Part shown: piece by piece, positions 1-7,491 of the stretch
How the letters are laid out: every line of letters begins with the position of its first letter
Numbering within the stretch: position 1 is the first letter of the stretch
Origin: an uncultured Bacteroidota bacterium
Lineage (GTDB): Bacteria; Bacteroidota; Bacteroidia; Flavobacteriales; Flavobacteriaceae
Reading direction: 5' to 3'
Assembly: GCA_902566635.1 (NCBI GenBank)
Contig: CACFJP010000007.1
Location: forward strand, 3,061 to 67,060
Length of the DNA stretch: 64,000 bases
The notes under the pieces: model-generated
Database searches by the model: none
The model's input: only the letters and a program-made list of their open reading frames with translations
What the model was told of the DNA's origin: nothing
Made by a program: the position numbers and the translations under genes

Positions 1-57
1 CATAACTTCTACCCCAGACCACAAAGCTACACGTTGGGTATCAACATTGACTTTTAA
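1..57 (+). CDS. SusC/RagA-family TonB-dependent receptor, C-terminal end (partial, starts upstream of window)
   Basis: Frame +1 is open from the window edge and reads ...PRPQSYTLGINIDF then TAA at 55-57. A terminal aromatic residue is typical of OM beta-barrels. A SusD-like gene starts 12 nt later, the canonical SusC-SusD order. Confidence 0.6.
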   Translation, partial: HNFYPRPQSYTLGINIDF

Positions 58-68
58 AATTTAAAAAG

Positions 69-1610
69 ATGAAAAAAATACTAAGTTTATTATTAATCAT
101 ATTTACATTACAAGCTTGTGTTGATGATCTTAACACACAACCCGAGTTAGAGCTCTCATTGGAACAACTTCTAGCTGAAGATCCTAATGCCATAAATGGT
201 ATTTTGTCTCGTTTATATGCATCTTTTGCTCTATCGAGTCCAAGTGGGCCAGGTAGTTCAGATATCGATGGAGATGCTGGAGAGGGCACATTTTTGAGAG
301 GAATTATCAACTTACAAGATCTTTCAGCCGATGGAATGAAAAATCGATGGGGAGATGATGGTTTGGATCAATTGACAACGACCTCAGACTGGGACGAAAA
401 CAATAAGTTTTTTGGATACCTCTTCAATCGAATGTACTACTCGATTGCACAAGCCAATAATTTAATTGGTGTCCTCAATTCAGTTTCAATTGAAAATAGT
501 AACCAATTGGTTGCTGAGGCACAATTTATTAGAGCACTATCCTATTATTATCTAATCGATGTCTTTGGGAAAGGCGTACTTGCGACAGAGAACAATTTGG
601 GTGAATCCAATCCACTTCCAGAGGCATCACGTTCAGAGCTTTTCAACTATGCAGTATCACAAATGCTCGAGGCCGAAAAGAATTTGCCTCAGATAAATTC
701 TTATGGTCGGGCGACAAAAGGGGCCGCACAAATGCTTCTTGCCAAGCTATACCTAAACGCAGATGTATATACTGGAACTGCCATGTATGACCAAGCATTC
801 ACCTTTGCTGAAAAAGTTATAAATGATGGCGGATATACGCTCGAAACAAATTTTGTGAAATTATTTTCAAAAGATAATGAAACCTCAACTGAAATTATCT
901 TCCCTCTTATTGCAGACGCAGATGTGAGTCAGGCCTATGGAAACACAACTTATGTTGTGAATGGTTGTCTGAGCACTGAAACAATGGAGATTTCACAATT
1001 TGGTGCTGCCGAGGGGTGGACTGGTCATAGTGCTACAAAAGCATGGTATGGACTCTTTGGTAGTAGCGCACAAGAACTCAGTGATTCTGATGATGCTAGA
1101 GCAGCATTGTTTTGGACACAAGGACACTCGTTTGAGATGGATGACTATAAGCAATGGGGTAGTGGATTTGGTGTGACCAAGTTTAGGAATACTGATTCAA
1201 ATGGTGGTGGAACACCAACATCATTTTCAAGTACTGATTTTCCACTCTTTAGACTCGCAGATGCTCACTTAATGTCTGCAGAGGCAATGCTTCGTGGCGG
1301 AGGCGGTTCTAACGCAGATGCGCTAGCATATGTAAATGCTGTTCGAGCGCGCTCTGGTGCTGCAGCAATTACAAGTAGCGATTTAGACCTCGACTTTATT
1401 TTAGATGAGCGTGCACGTGAGTTAAATCTTGAAGGGCATCGCCGTTCTGACTTAATTCGATTTGGAAAATTTACTGGAAGTGGTTATATATGGCCTTGGA
1501 AAGGAAATACAGCAAATGGAGCTTCTATTCCAGATCACTATAATTTGTATCCACTACCGCTTACAGCGCTAAGTGCAAACCCGAACCTAACACAAAATCA
1601 AGGATTTTAA
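69..1610 (+). CDS. SusD/RagB-family nutrient-binding outer-membrane lipoprotein
   Basis: 513-aa ORF with lipoprotein signal MKKILSLLLIIFTLQAC. SusD-like helical sequence blocks are present (RALSYYYLIDVFG, FPLFRLADAHLM, ERARELNLEGHRRSDLIRF). It lies directly after the SusC end. Confidence 0.9.
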   Translation: MKKILSLLLIIFTLQACVDDLNTQPELELSLEQLLAEDPNAINGILSRLYASFALSSPSGPGSSDIDGDAGEGTFLRGIINLQDLSADGMKNRWGDDGLDQLTTTSDWDENNKFFGYLFNRMYYSIAQANNLIGVLNSVSIENSNQLVAEAQFIRALSYYYLIDVFGKGVLATENNLGESNPLPEASRSELFNYAVSQMLEAEKNLPQINSYGRATKGAAQMLLAKLYLNADVYTGTAMYDQAFTFAEKVINDGGYTLETNFVKLFSKDNETSTEIIFPLIADADVSQAYGNTTYVVNGCLSTETMEISQFGAAEGWTGHSATKAWYGLFGSSAQELSDSDDARAALFWTQGHSFEMDDYKQWGSGFGVTKFRNTDSNGGGTPTSFSSTDFPLFRLADAHLMSAEAMLRGGGGSNADALAYVNAVRARSGAAAITSSDLDLDFILDERARELNLEGHRRSDLIRFGKFTGSGYIWPWKGNTANGASIPDHYNLYPLPLTALSANPNLTQNQGF

Positions 1611-1624
1611 TAAATACTGAACAA

Positions 1625-2776
1625 ATGAAAAATAACATCATAAGCTTTATAAAAAGTATAATTTTACCTGTTGGTCTTCTTTTCATCGCTTTTAGCTGTG
1701 AAAATGAAGATGATGGGCCAGAATTTACTATCATACCTCCAAGCGAGGAAGTAACCTTTACAAATAGTTTTTTGGACAACTATCTATTATCTATTCAAAC
1801 ATCAGATAACATTGCTGAGCGTTTGTTGTGGAATACACCTTCTTTTGGCGCTCAAACTTCAGTGTCATTTACTGTTGAAGGATCGTCAACAAACCTATTT
1901 GCAGCTAATGACCCAGGATATTTCTCGTCAGGTGCTTTGACTGAAAATAATTATGCTATTTCTGTTGCGAACCTATTGGCTATAGCTGATGCATTAGATT
2001 TGGATGGTGACCCAACTTCAGGAAAGGAATCCTCCGGTGAGGCATACCTTAGAGTTACTGCAAGTGTTGGAGATGCAACAGACTCTAATGGATCTAGCGT
2101 CGTCTCAGAACCACAAGAAATCAAAATTACGATGGTTGAAACTGAAGGCGAAGTTCCAGCTCCAATGTTAGCAGTACCTGGTCAATATCAGGGATGGAAT
2201 CCTGGAGAAGCACCGCTATTAGCAGCGAGTGCACCAGGCCAAACCGATTTTGAAGGATTTATTCATATGGATATTAATGAAGCTGATAATCAAGGGTTTA
2301 AATTTGTTGAAGGCGTAGATGGTGTTTACGATTGGGGTAACCCTGATTGGGGAAAATCTGATGATGGTGTTCTAGTTATTGAAGGAGAAAGTAATATCAC
2401 AGTAGATGAAGATGGTTTGTATTTTATTCAAGCTGATACTGGAGCAGGAACTTATTCCACAACTCTTATGAGTCTTGGTTTGATTGGATCGGCTACTCCT
2501 ACAGGTTGGGACTCAGATACCGACCTAGTTTATGATGCAACAAACAATGTGTTGAGCGTTGACATAAATCTTACCAATGGAGGAGAATATAAGATAAGAG
2601 CTAATAATGGTTGGGATATTGGATTTCCCGGACAGTTTGGTCCAGATTCAGACGGAGATGGTTTTCTTGACACAAAAGATAATAACTTTACTCATGAAGG
2701 AGCCACTGGCAACTATCGTGTAACATTAGATGTCTTTACAGCCAGAAAGTACACATTAAAAGTCACCGCTTTGTGA
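1625..2776 (+). CDS. SusE/SusF-like outer-membrane glycan-binding lipoprotein
   Basis: Lipoprotein-type signal ending FIAFSC. Two C-terminal Trp/Gly-rich beta-sandwich-like modules (GWNPGEAP...FKFVEG...DWGNPDWG and GSATPTGWDSD...YKIRANNGWD) resemble SusE/F starch-binding repeats. It sits between SusD and the amylase. Confidence 0.6.
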   Translation: MKNNIISFIKSIILPVGLLFIAFSCENEDDGPEFTIIPPSEEVTFTNSFLDNYLLSIQTSDNIAERLLWNTPSFGAQTSVSFTVEGSSTNLFAANDPGYFSSGALTENNYAISVANLLAIADALDLDGDPTSGKESSGEAYLRVTASVGDATDSNGSSVVSEPQEIKITMVETEGEVPAPMLAVPGQYQGWNPGEAPLLAASAPGQTDFEGFIHMDINEADNQGFKFVEGVDGVYDWGNPDWGKSDDGVLVIEGESNITVDEDGLYFIQADTGAGTYSTTLMSLGLIGSATPTGWDSDTDLVYDATNNVLSVDINLTNGGEYKIRANNGWDIGFPGQFGPDSDGDGFLDTKDNNFTHEGATGNYRVTLDVFTARKYTLKVTAL

Positions 2777-2802
2777 TAATCTAAGTTATATTTTTTAATT
2801 TT

Positions 2803-2843
2803 AAACTCCCTCTTGTATATTTTAATAATTTAGGAGGGAGTTT
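2803..2843 (+). other. Perfect 10-bp stem hairpin between the SusE/F-like gene and the GH13 gene (possible attenuator or processing site)
   Basis: AAACTCCCTC (2803-2812) is the exact reverse complement of GAGGGAGTTT (2834-2843), with a 21-nt AT-rich loop. It is followed by ATTGTTTTCT and then the ATG at 2854. Confidence 0.35.
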
Positions 2844-2853
2844 ATTGTTTTCT

Positions 2854-5748
2854 ATGAAGAATTTTTACCAGACACTCGCTTTACTATTCACTTCAATACT
2901 TGGCTTTTCTCAAGTGCAAGAAGCCACACTCTCACTCAGTCCAGAAAAATTTAATGAAGACGAAAGTGTAACATTAACATTTAGTGGAATTGATGCTTCT
3001 GATTGGTCTTCTAGCGATTTATATCTATGGGCTTGGTTCTATAAAAACGGCAGTACTACGGCCCAAAGTGATTCTCCTAACAATGGAACTTGGAATAGTT
3101 CATCAGAGTTGCAAAAGCTTACAAATAATGGAGATGGCACCTATTCAATTACTTTAACTCCAACTACTTTTTTTGATGACACCAACATCACTCGTGTTGG
3201 AGTTCTGGTCAAACCCAAAGATGGAGGAGGCAGCGGACTTCCAGACAAAAAAACAAATGATATTTTTTTTGATGTTGGAAGGGTTGGTGTTGTTGTTAGC
3301 TCTCATAATAGCTTCCCAATTGTTGTAGCGCAAAATACAAATACCGCCATAAAAGTTGATTTGCGATCTGGTGGTAGTTTAAAACCTGGAAGTTTTGAGG
3401 TTTATTTCAACGATACACAGATTGCAAGTGGTCTTGGATTTACCACATATACATTTCAATTGAATGTCGCAGAGGATGGAATATTGAGAATTGTCGGCTC
3501 AGATAGCATTTCAGACCCGACTAATGAAAGTGGCGAAGTAAGTATCGAGATTATTGTAGCTAAGTTGCCTCAGGATGATATTATACCTGCTGGACTTGAA
3601 GATGGTATCAACTACCATGTTAGTGACCATACCAAAGCTACGCTTGTTTTAAGTGCACCAAGTAAAAGCTTTGTTAGTGTAGCTGGGAGTTTTAACAATT
3701 ATGAACCTGATGATACTTTTTTGATGAAAAAGGACCCTGATACAGGAAAGTTTTGGTTAGAGCTAAGTGACCTTACACCCAATCAAATTTATTCCTATCA
3801 ATATTGGGTATATGATGTAGACCCTGTTGAAGACTCGCCACAAATTGTTAAGACTGCAGACCCCTACTCTACTTTAGTTTTGTCTCCTTTTGACGATGAT
3901 TATATTCCTGAAACTACCTATCCAGGTTTGCCATCGTACCCTACAGGCCAAAGTAGAGAAGTAACTGTAATCCAGACAGGTCAAACCGATTACAATTGGC
4001 AGGTCACCAATTTCGATAAGCCTGCGAAGGAAGATTTAGTGATTTACGAATTGTTGATTCGTGATTTTGATGAAAATCGAAGTTTTCAAGATCTCATTAA
4101 TAAGGTAGATTATTTTAAAAACTTAAATATAAATGCCATTCAACTCATGCCAGTAATGGAGTTTGAGGGTAATGAGAGCTGGGGATACAACACTGCTTTC
4201 CACCTAGCACTTGACAAGTTTTATGGAACATCCACAAAATTTAAGGAACTCGTAGACACCTTTCATAAAAATGGAATTGCAGTTATTCTTGACCTTGTTT
4301 TAAACCACGCTTATGGACGAGCACCAGCCGTTAGAATGTGGATGGATGATGAAGATGTAGATGGTTGGGGTGACCCCTCAACAGAAAATCCCTATTTCAA
4401 CAGTGAAGCCAAGCACAGTTACAGCATTGGAAGTGATTTTAATCATCAATCTGACCTGGCTAAATATTTTACAAAAAGAGTCATCAAACACTGGATTGAG
4501 GAATATAAAATTGATGGTTTTCGTTGGGATTTAACAAAGGGGTTTACACAAAACTGTGGCCCTAATGATGATGAATGTACTAATAATTATCAAGCGGATC
4601 GTGTGGCAATACTCAAAGAATATGCAGATTATTCATGGTCGCTAGATCCAAATCATTATGTGATTTTCGAGCACCTTGGTGGAGATAGTGAAGAAAGTGA
4701 ATGGGCAAACTATAAGCTCAACGAGGGTAAAGGCATTATGATGTGGGGTAAGATGACAAGCCAATATAATCAGCTCAGCATGGGGTTTGAATCAGAAGCA
4801 AATATTGATAGAATGCGGTCAGAAAGTCGAGGATTCAATGGAAAGCGATTGGTTGGTTATGCAGAAAGTCACGACGAAGAGCGACTCATGTATAGAAACC
4901 TTCAATATGGAAATAGCTCGAATAGCAACCATAACGTCAAAAACTTAAATACTGCACTATCCAGAATGTCGGCAGTTGGAGCTGTGAGCTTACTAATCCC
5001 AGGGCCAAAAATGATATGGCACTTTGGTGAGCTCGGAATGCAACAATCGCTAGATACTTGCTCAGATGGAACTGTAGATGGTTGTAGACTCGACACTAAA
5101 CCACAACTCCAGTGGGATGAAAATTGGCTCAACGTCGTTCAACGAAAACAAATTTATGATGACTGGTCAGTATTGAACAGCTTAAAAACTAATAATAATG
5201 TGTTTAAAGCCAGCTCTGCTATAAGCCCATACAACAGTAATAATCTACTTCAGAGAATCTATATATGGAACGAAAATTTGCCCAATGCATCATTGAAAAA
5301 TGTTGTTATTCTTGCAAATTTTGATGTTAATACACAGAGCATCCCTGCTGGTTTTCCATATGATGGCACATGGTATGATTTGATGGATAATACAGCATTT
5401 GAAGTAGGTAACACCAACCACGGAATTAGTTTGAACCCAGGTGAATTTAGAGTTTTTGGAAACCAACAAGCCACTTTAAGCGTGTCTAATAATAATCCAT
5501 TACTAGACTTGCAGCTCGTTCAAAACCCTGTTCTTGATCGAATTCAAATTCAAACACCATCTGACCTTTCTGGAAATATAGATTGGAAGATATACAATAC
5601 AGCAGGTGTTGAAATCTCTTATGGTTCTACATCACTCCAGCAGCAAACGCTACAAATTCCATCTCCCAAAAAACAGGGAAATTATTTTGTGGTGCTACGG
5701 CACACTAACACAAATGCATGGGGCTTATTGAAAGTCCTGAGACAATAA
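2854..5748 (+). CDS. GH13-family alpha-amylase-type glycoside hydrolase with T9SS C-terminal sorting domain
   Basis: GH13 signature regions are present: DLVLNHA (I), DGFRWDLTKG (II, nucleophile Asp), IFEHLG (probable III) and YAESHDE (IV). Sec signal is MKNFYQTLALLFTSILGFSQ. The last ~80 aa (VQNPV..IYNTAGV..GNYFVVL..LKVLRQ) look like a type-A T9SS CTD. I prefer the ATG at 2854 over the TTG at 2845 used in the ORF track. Confidence 0.9.
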   Translation: MKNFYQTLALLFTSILGFSQVQEATLSLSPEKFNEDESVTLTFSGIDASDWSSSDLYLWAWFYKNGSTTAQSDSPNNGTWNSSSELQKLTNNGDGTYSITLTPTTFFDDTNITRVGVLVKPKDGGGSGLPDKKTNDIFFDVGRVGVVVSSHNSFPIVVAQNTNTAIKVDLRSGGSLKPGSFEVYFNDTQIASGLGFTTYTFQLNVAEDGILRIVGSDSISDPTNESGEVSIEIIVAKLPQDDIIPAGLEDGINYHVSDHTKATLVLSAPSKSFVSVAGSFNNYEPDDTFLMKKDPDTGKFWLELSDLTPNQIYSYQYWVYDVDPVEDSPQIVKTADPYSTLVLSPFDDDYIPETTYPGLPSYPTGQSREVTVIQTGQTDYNWQVTNFDKPAKEDLVIYELLIRDFDENRSFQDLINKVDYFKNLNINAIQLMPVMEFEGNESWGYNTAFHLALDKFYGTSTKFKELVDTFHKNGIAVILDLVLNHAYGRAPAVRMWMDDEDVDGWGDPSTENPYFNSEAKHSYSIGSDFNHQSDLAKYFTKRVIKHWIEEYKIDGFRWDLTKGFTQNCGPNDDECTNNYQADRVAILKEYADYSWSLDPNHYVIFEHLGGDSEESEWANYKLNEGKGIMMWGKMTSQYNQLSMGFESEANIDRMRSESRGFNGKRLVGYAESHDEERLMYRNLQYGNSSNSNHNVKNLNTALSRMSAVGAVSLLIPGPKMIWHFGELGMQQSLDTCSDGTVDGCRLDTKPQLQWDENWLNVVQRKQIYDDWSVLNSLKTNNNVFKASSAISPYNSNNLLQRIYIWNENLPNASLKNVVILANFDVNTQSIPAGFPYDGTWYDLMDNTAFEVGNTNHGISLNPGEFRVFGNQQATLSVSNNNPLLDLQLVQNPVLDRIQIQTPSDLSGNIDWKIYNTAGVEISYGSTSLQQQTLQIPSPKKQGNYFVVLRHTNTNAWGLLKVLRQ

Positions 5749-5825
5749 CGCTTACAGGGTAGTCCTGTCTGACGACACTCTTGTGGTGTATGTAATGATT
5801 TTTTTTTAATTTTAAATAATTAATT

Positions 5826-6584
5826 ATGAGAACCGGTTTACTTATCCTATCAATTTTTGTCTTCTTTTCATTATGTGGACAGGATGCAGGTATTTACCAG
5901 ACATACACCATTTTAGACAATGGAAATACTGAATACTACCACGGCGGTATTAACAATGGTGGAACAATTCCATATTCAGGTCATTCTTTTGGAAGTGTAA
6001 CGAAACTTACGCTAAAAGGTGGTGAAATAAAATCTTGGAAGAATAATGGTGGTGATGTTACAGGTGCTAAATTATACTACAGAATTTATGTGGCTGATCC
6101 TTTGCCTGATCCGCTTCCTGATTTTACAGAACTAGATTTACCCTGGTCAGAAAACGATATTGATGGTAGTGGTGGCAATCAGAAATGGGCAAAAACAGAT
6201 TACTCGACTGACGTTTTGGCCGGACTAAATGCATCTGAAACATACAGCCTAGAAGTATATTGGAAGATTACTTCTAATGTAGGTGATAGATTCGACAATA
6301 ACGCTGGAGAAAATTTCAAATCAACTTTTACAGTAGATACAAGCCTAAGCGAAGAAGATGTTGAGCAACACATGACGACATCAATTATGTCTAATGAAAT
6401 ATATTTTCATAAAACAGGAACATTTGAAATTTCTGTATTTAATCTTTTAGGAACGCAAGTCAAACATTTTAAAAACACTTTCAGCAAAGGTCATATAATG
6501 CCATTAAATATTAAAAAAGGTATATATATTTTACAAGTTAAAGAAAACCATCGTTTTTATAACTATAAGATATTAATGAACTAA
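5826..6584 (+). CDS. Secreted T9SS cargo protein of unknown function (possible carbohydrate-binding module)
   Basis: Sec signal MRTGLLILSIFVFFSLCGQ. C-terminal T9SS-type tail (FEISVFNLLGTQV...KKGIYILQVKE...YKILMN). The central block VGDRFDNNAGENFKSTFTV resembles the xDNNxGxNF strand seen in CBM25/CBM53-type starch-binding modules. Confidence 0.55.
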   Translation: MRTGLLILSIFVFFSLCGQDAGIYQTYTILDNGNTEYYHGGINNGGTIPYSGHSFGSVTKLTLKGGEIKSWKNNGGDVTGAKLYYRIYVADPLPDPLPDFTELDLPWSENDIDGSGGNQKWAKTDYSTDVLAGLNASETYSLEVYWKITSNVGDRFDNNAGENFKSTFTVDTSLSEEDVEQHMTTSIMSNEIYFHKTGTFEISVFNLLGTQVKHFKNTFSKGHIMPLNIKKGIYILQVKENHRFYNYKILMN

Positions 6585-6700
6585 AACTTTCAATAAGTAT
6601 TGCTTTGTCACCAATAGTTAGAAGGGAAATATCTACAAATAGATTCGTCAAAAAAAATGCTTATTAGATAAATTGAAAATCGTTCAATGTTGACTTAAAG

Positions 6701-6739
6701 AATCCTCAAAAGCAAAATTTTGTTATTGAGGATTTTTTT
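6701..6739 (+). terminator. Rho-independent terminator-like hairpin
   Basis: AATCCTCAA (6701-6709) pairs with TTGAGGATT (6726-6734), with a 16-nt loop, and runs into a T-tract (GATTTTTTTA). Confidence 0.5.
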
Positions 6740-6754
6740 AATAAATATAGATGT

Positions 6755-6771
6755 AATTTGTTTAACAAATT
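6755..6771. promoter_or_regulatory. 17-bp perfect palindrome AATTTGTT-T-AACAAATT upstream of the methyltransferase gene (candidate operator)
   Basis: 8-bp arms with a single central base. The 1-nt spacer rules out an RNA hairpin but suits a dimeric DNA-binding protein. It ends 32 nt before the ATG at 6804. Confidence 0.25.
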
Positions 6772-6803
6772 TAATTAAATTCGAAACCAAAAAATAAAAT
6801 TAA

Positions 6804-7346
6804 ATGTCATATTTGAGCGAATTCCTCAAAAACAAAAGTGTTGGAGCTGTTTCCTCAAGCAGCAAATCGTTGGGAAAGTATTTGTTTGGAAACCTTGACT
6901 ATTCAAATGCCAAGGCGATTGTCGAGCTCGGGGGGGGACAAGGCGTTTTTACCTATGAAATTTTAAAGCTAATCAATCCTGCGTGCAAACTTTTGGTTTT
7001 CGAAACAAATGAAGCATTTTGTAAAAAGCTTAAATACACAATTCAAGATGATAGAGCTGTGATCATTAATGACAGTGCTGAAAAGATTGGGGATTATCTT
7101 GAAAAACACAATTTTGAAAAGGCAGATCACATCATTTCATCCTTGCCGTTATCCATGTTTTCTTTAGAATTAAAGGAAGATATTCTTAAAAATACAACCT
7201 ATTTTTTAAGCGATCGGGGACAGTTTTTACAATTTCAATATTTACCCTTTGATTACAAGAGATTAAAAAAACACTTTAAAGAAGTGAAAATGAATTTTTC
7301 AATTCGCAACTTCCCTCCTGTCTTTATTTATCGCTGTTCGCTATAG
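6804..7346 (+). CDS. Class I SAM-dependent methyltransferase (COG3963 phospholipid N-methyltransferase-like)
   Basis: N-terminal FLKNKSVGAVSSSSKSL plus motif I VELGGGQGVFT, then a LLVFE acidic loop and SSLPL. This matches the architecture of small PmtA-like methyltransferases. Confidence 0.7.
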   Translation: MSYLSEFLKNKSVGAVSSSSKSLGKYLFGNLDYSNAKAIVELGGGQGVFTYEILKLINPACKLLVFETNEAFCKKLKYTIQDDRAVIINDSAEKIGDYLEKHNFEKADHIISSLPLSMFSLELKEDILKNTTYFLSDRGQFLQFQYLPFDYKRLKKHFKEVKMNFSIRNFPPVFIYRCSL

Positions 7347-7491
7347 ATTTAAGCTACACGATAATCCTTCTAAATCCAAAGACTATAAGTTAAAATTACA
7401 CTTTATTAAAAGTTTTTAACTTTTATTAACATTTTTATTCTCCTGGCACAAAGAGTTTTATTTTAGAAATTAAATAACAACCTAATTAAAT

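Noticed and set aside
5754-5810. Two short hairpins (ACAGG-GTAGT-CCTGT, and ACACT/GGTGT) followed by a T9 run after the amylase gene, as a possible terminator.
   Set aside because: The stems are only 5 bp and are separated from the T-run. The run more likely belongs to the AT-rich promoter region of the next gene.
7410-7428. An AT-only hairpin (TAAAAGTT-TTT-AACTTTTA) after the methyltransferase gene.
   Set aside because: The stem is almost entirely A-T, with negligible predicted stability. Such features are common by chance in AT-rich spacers.
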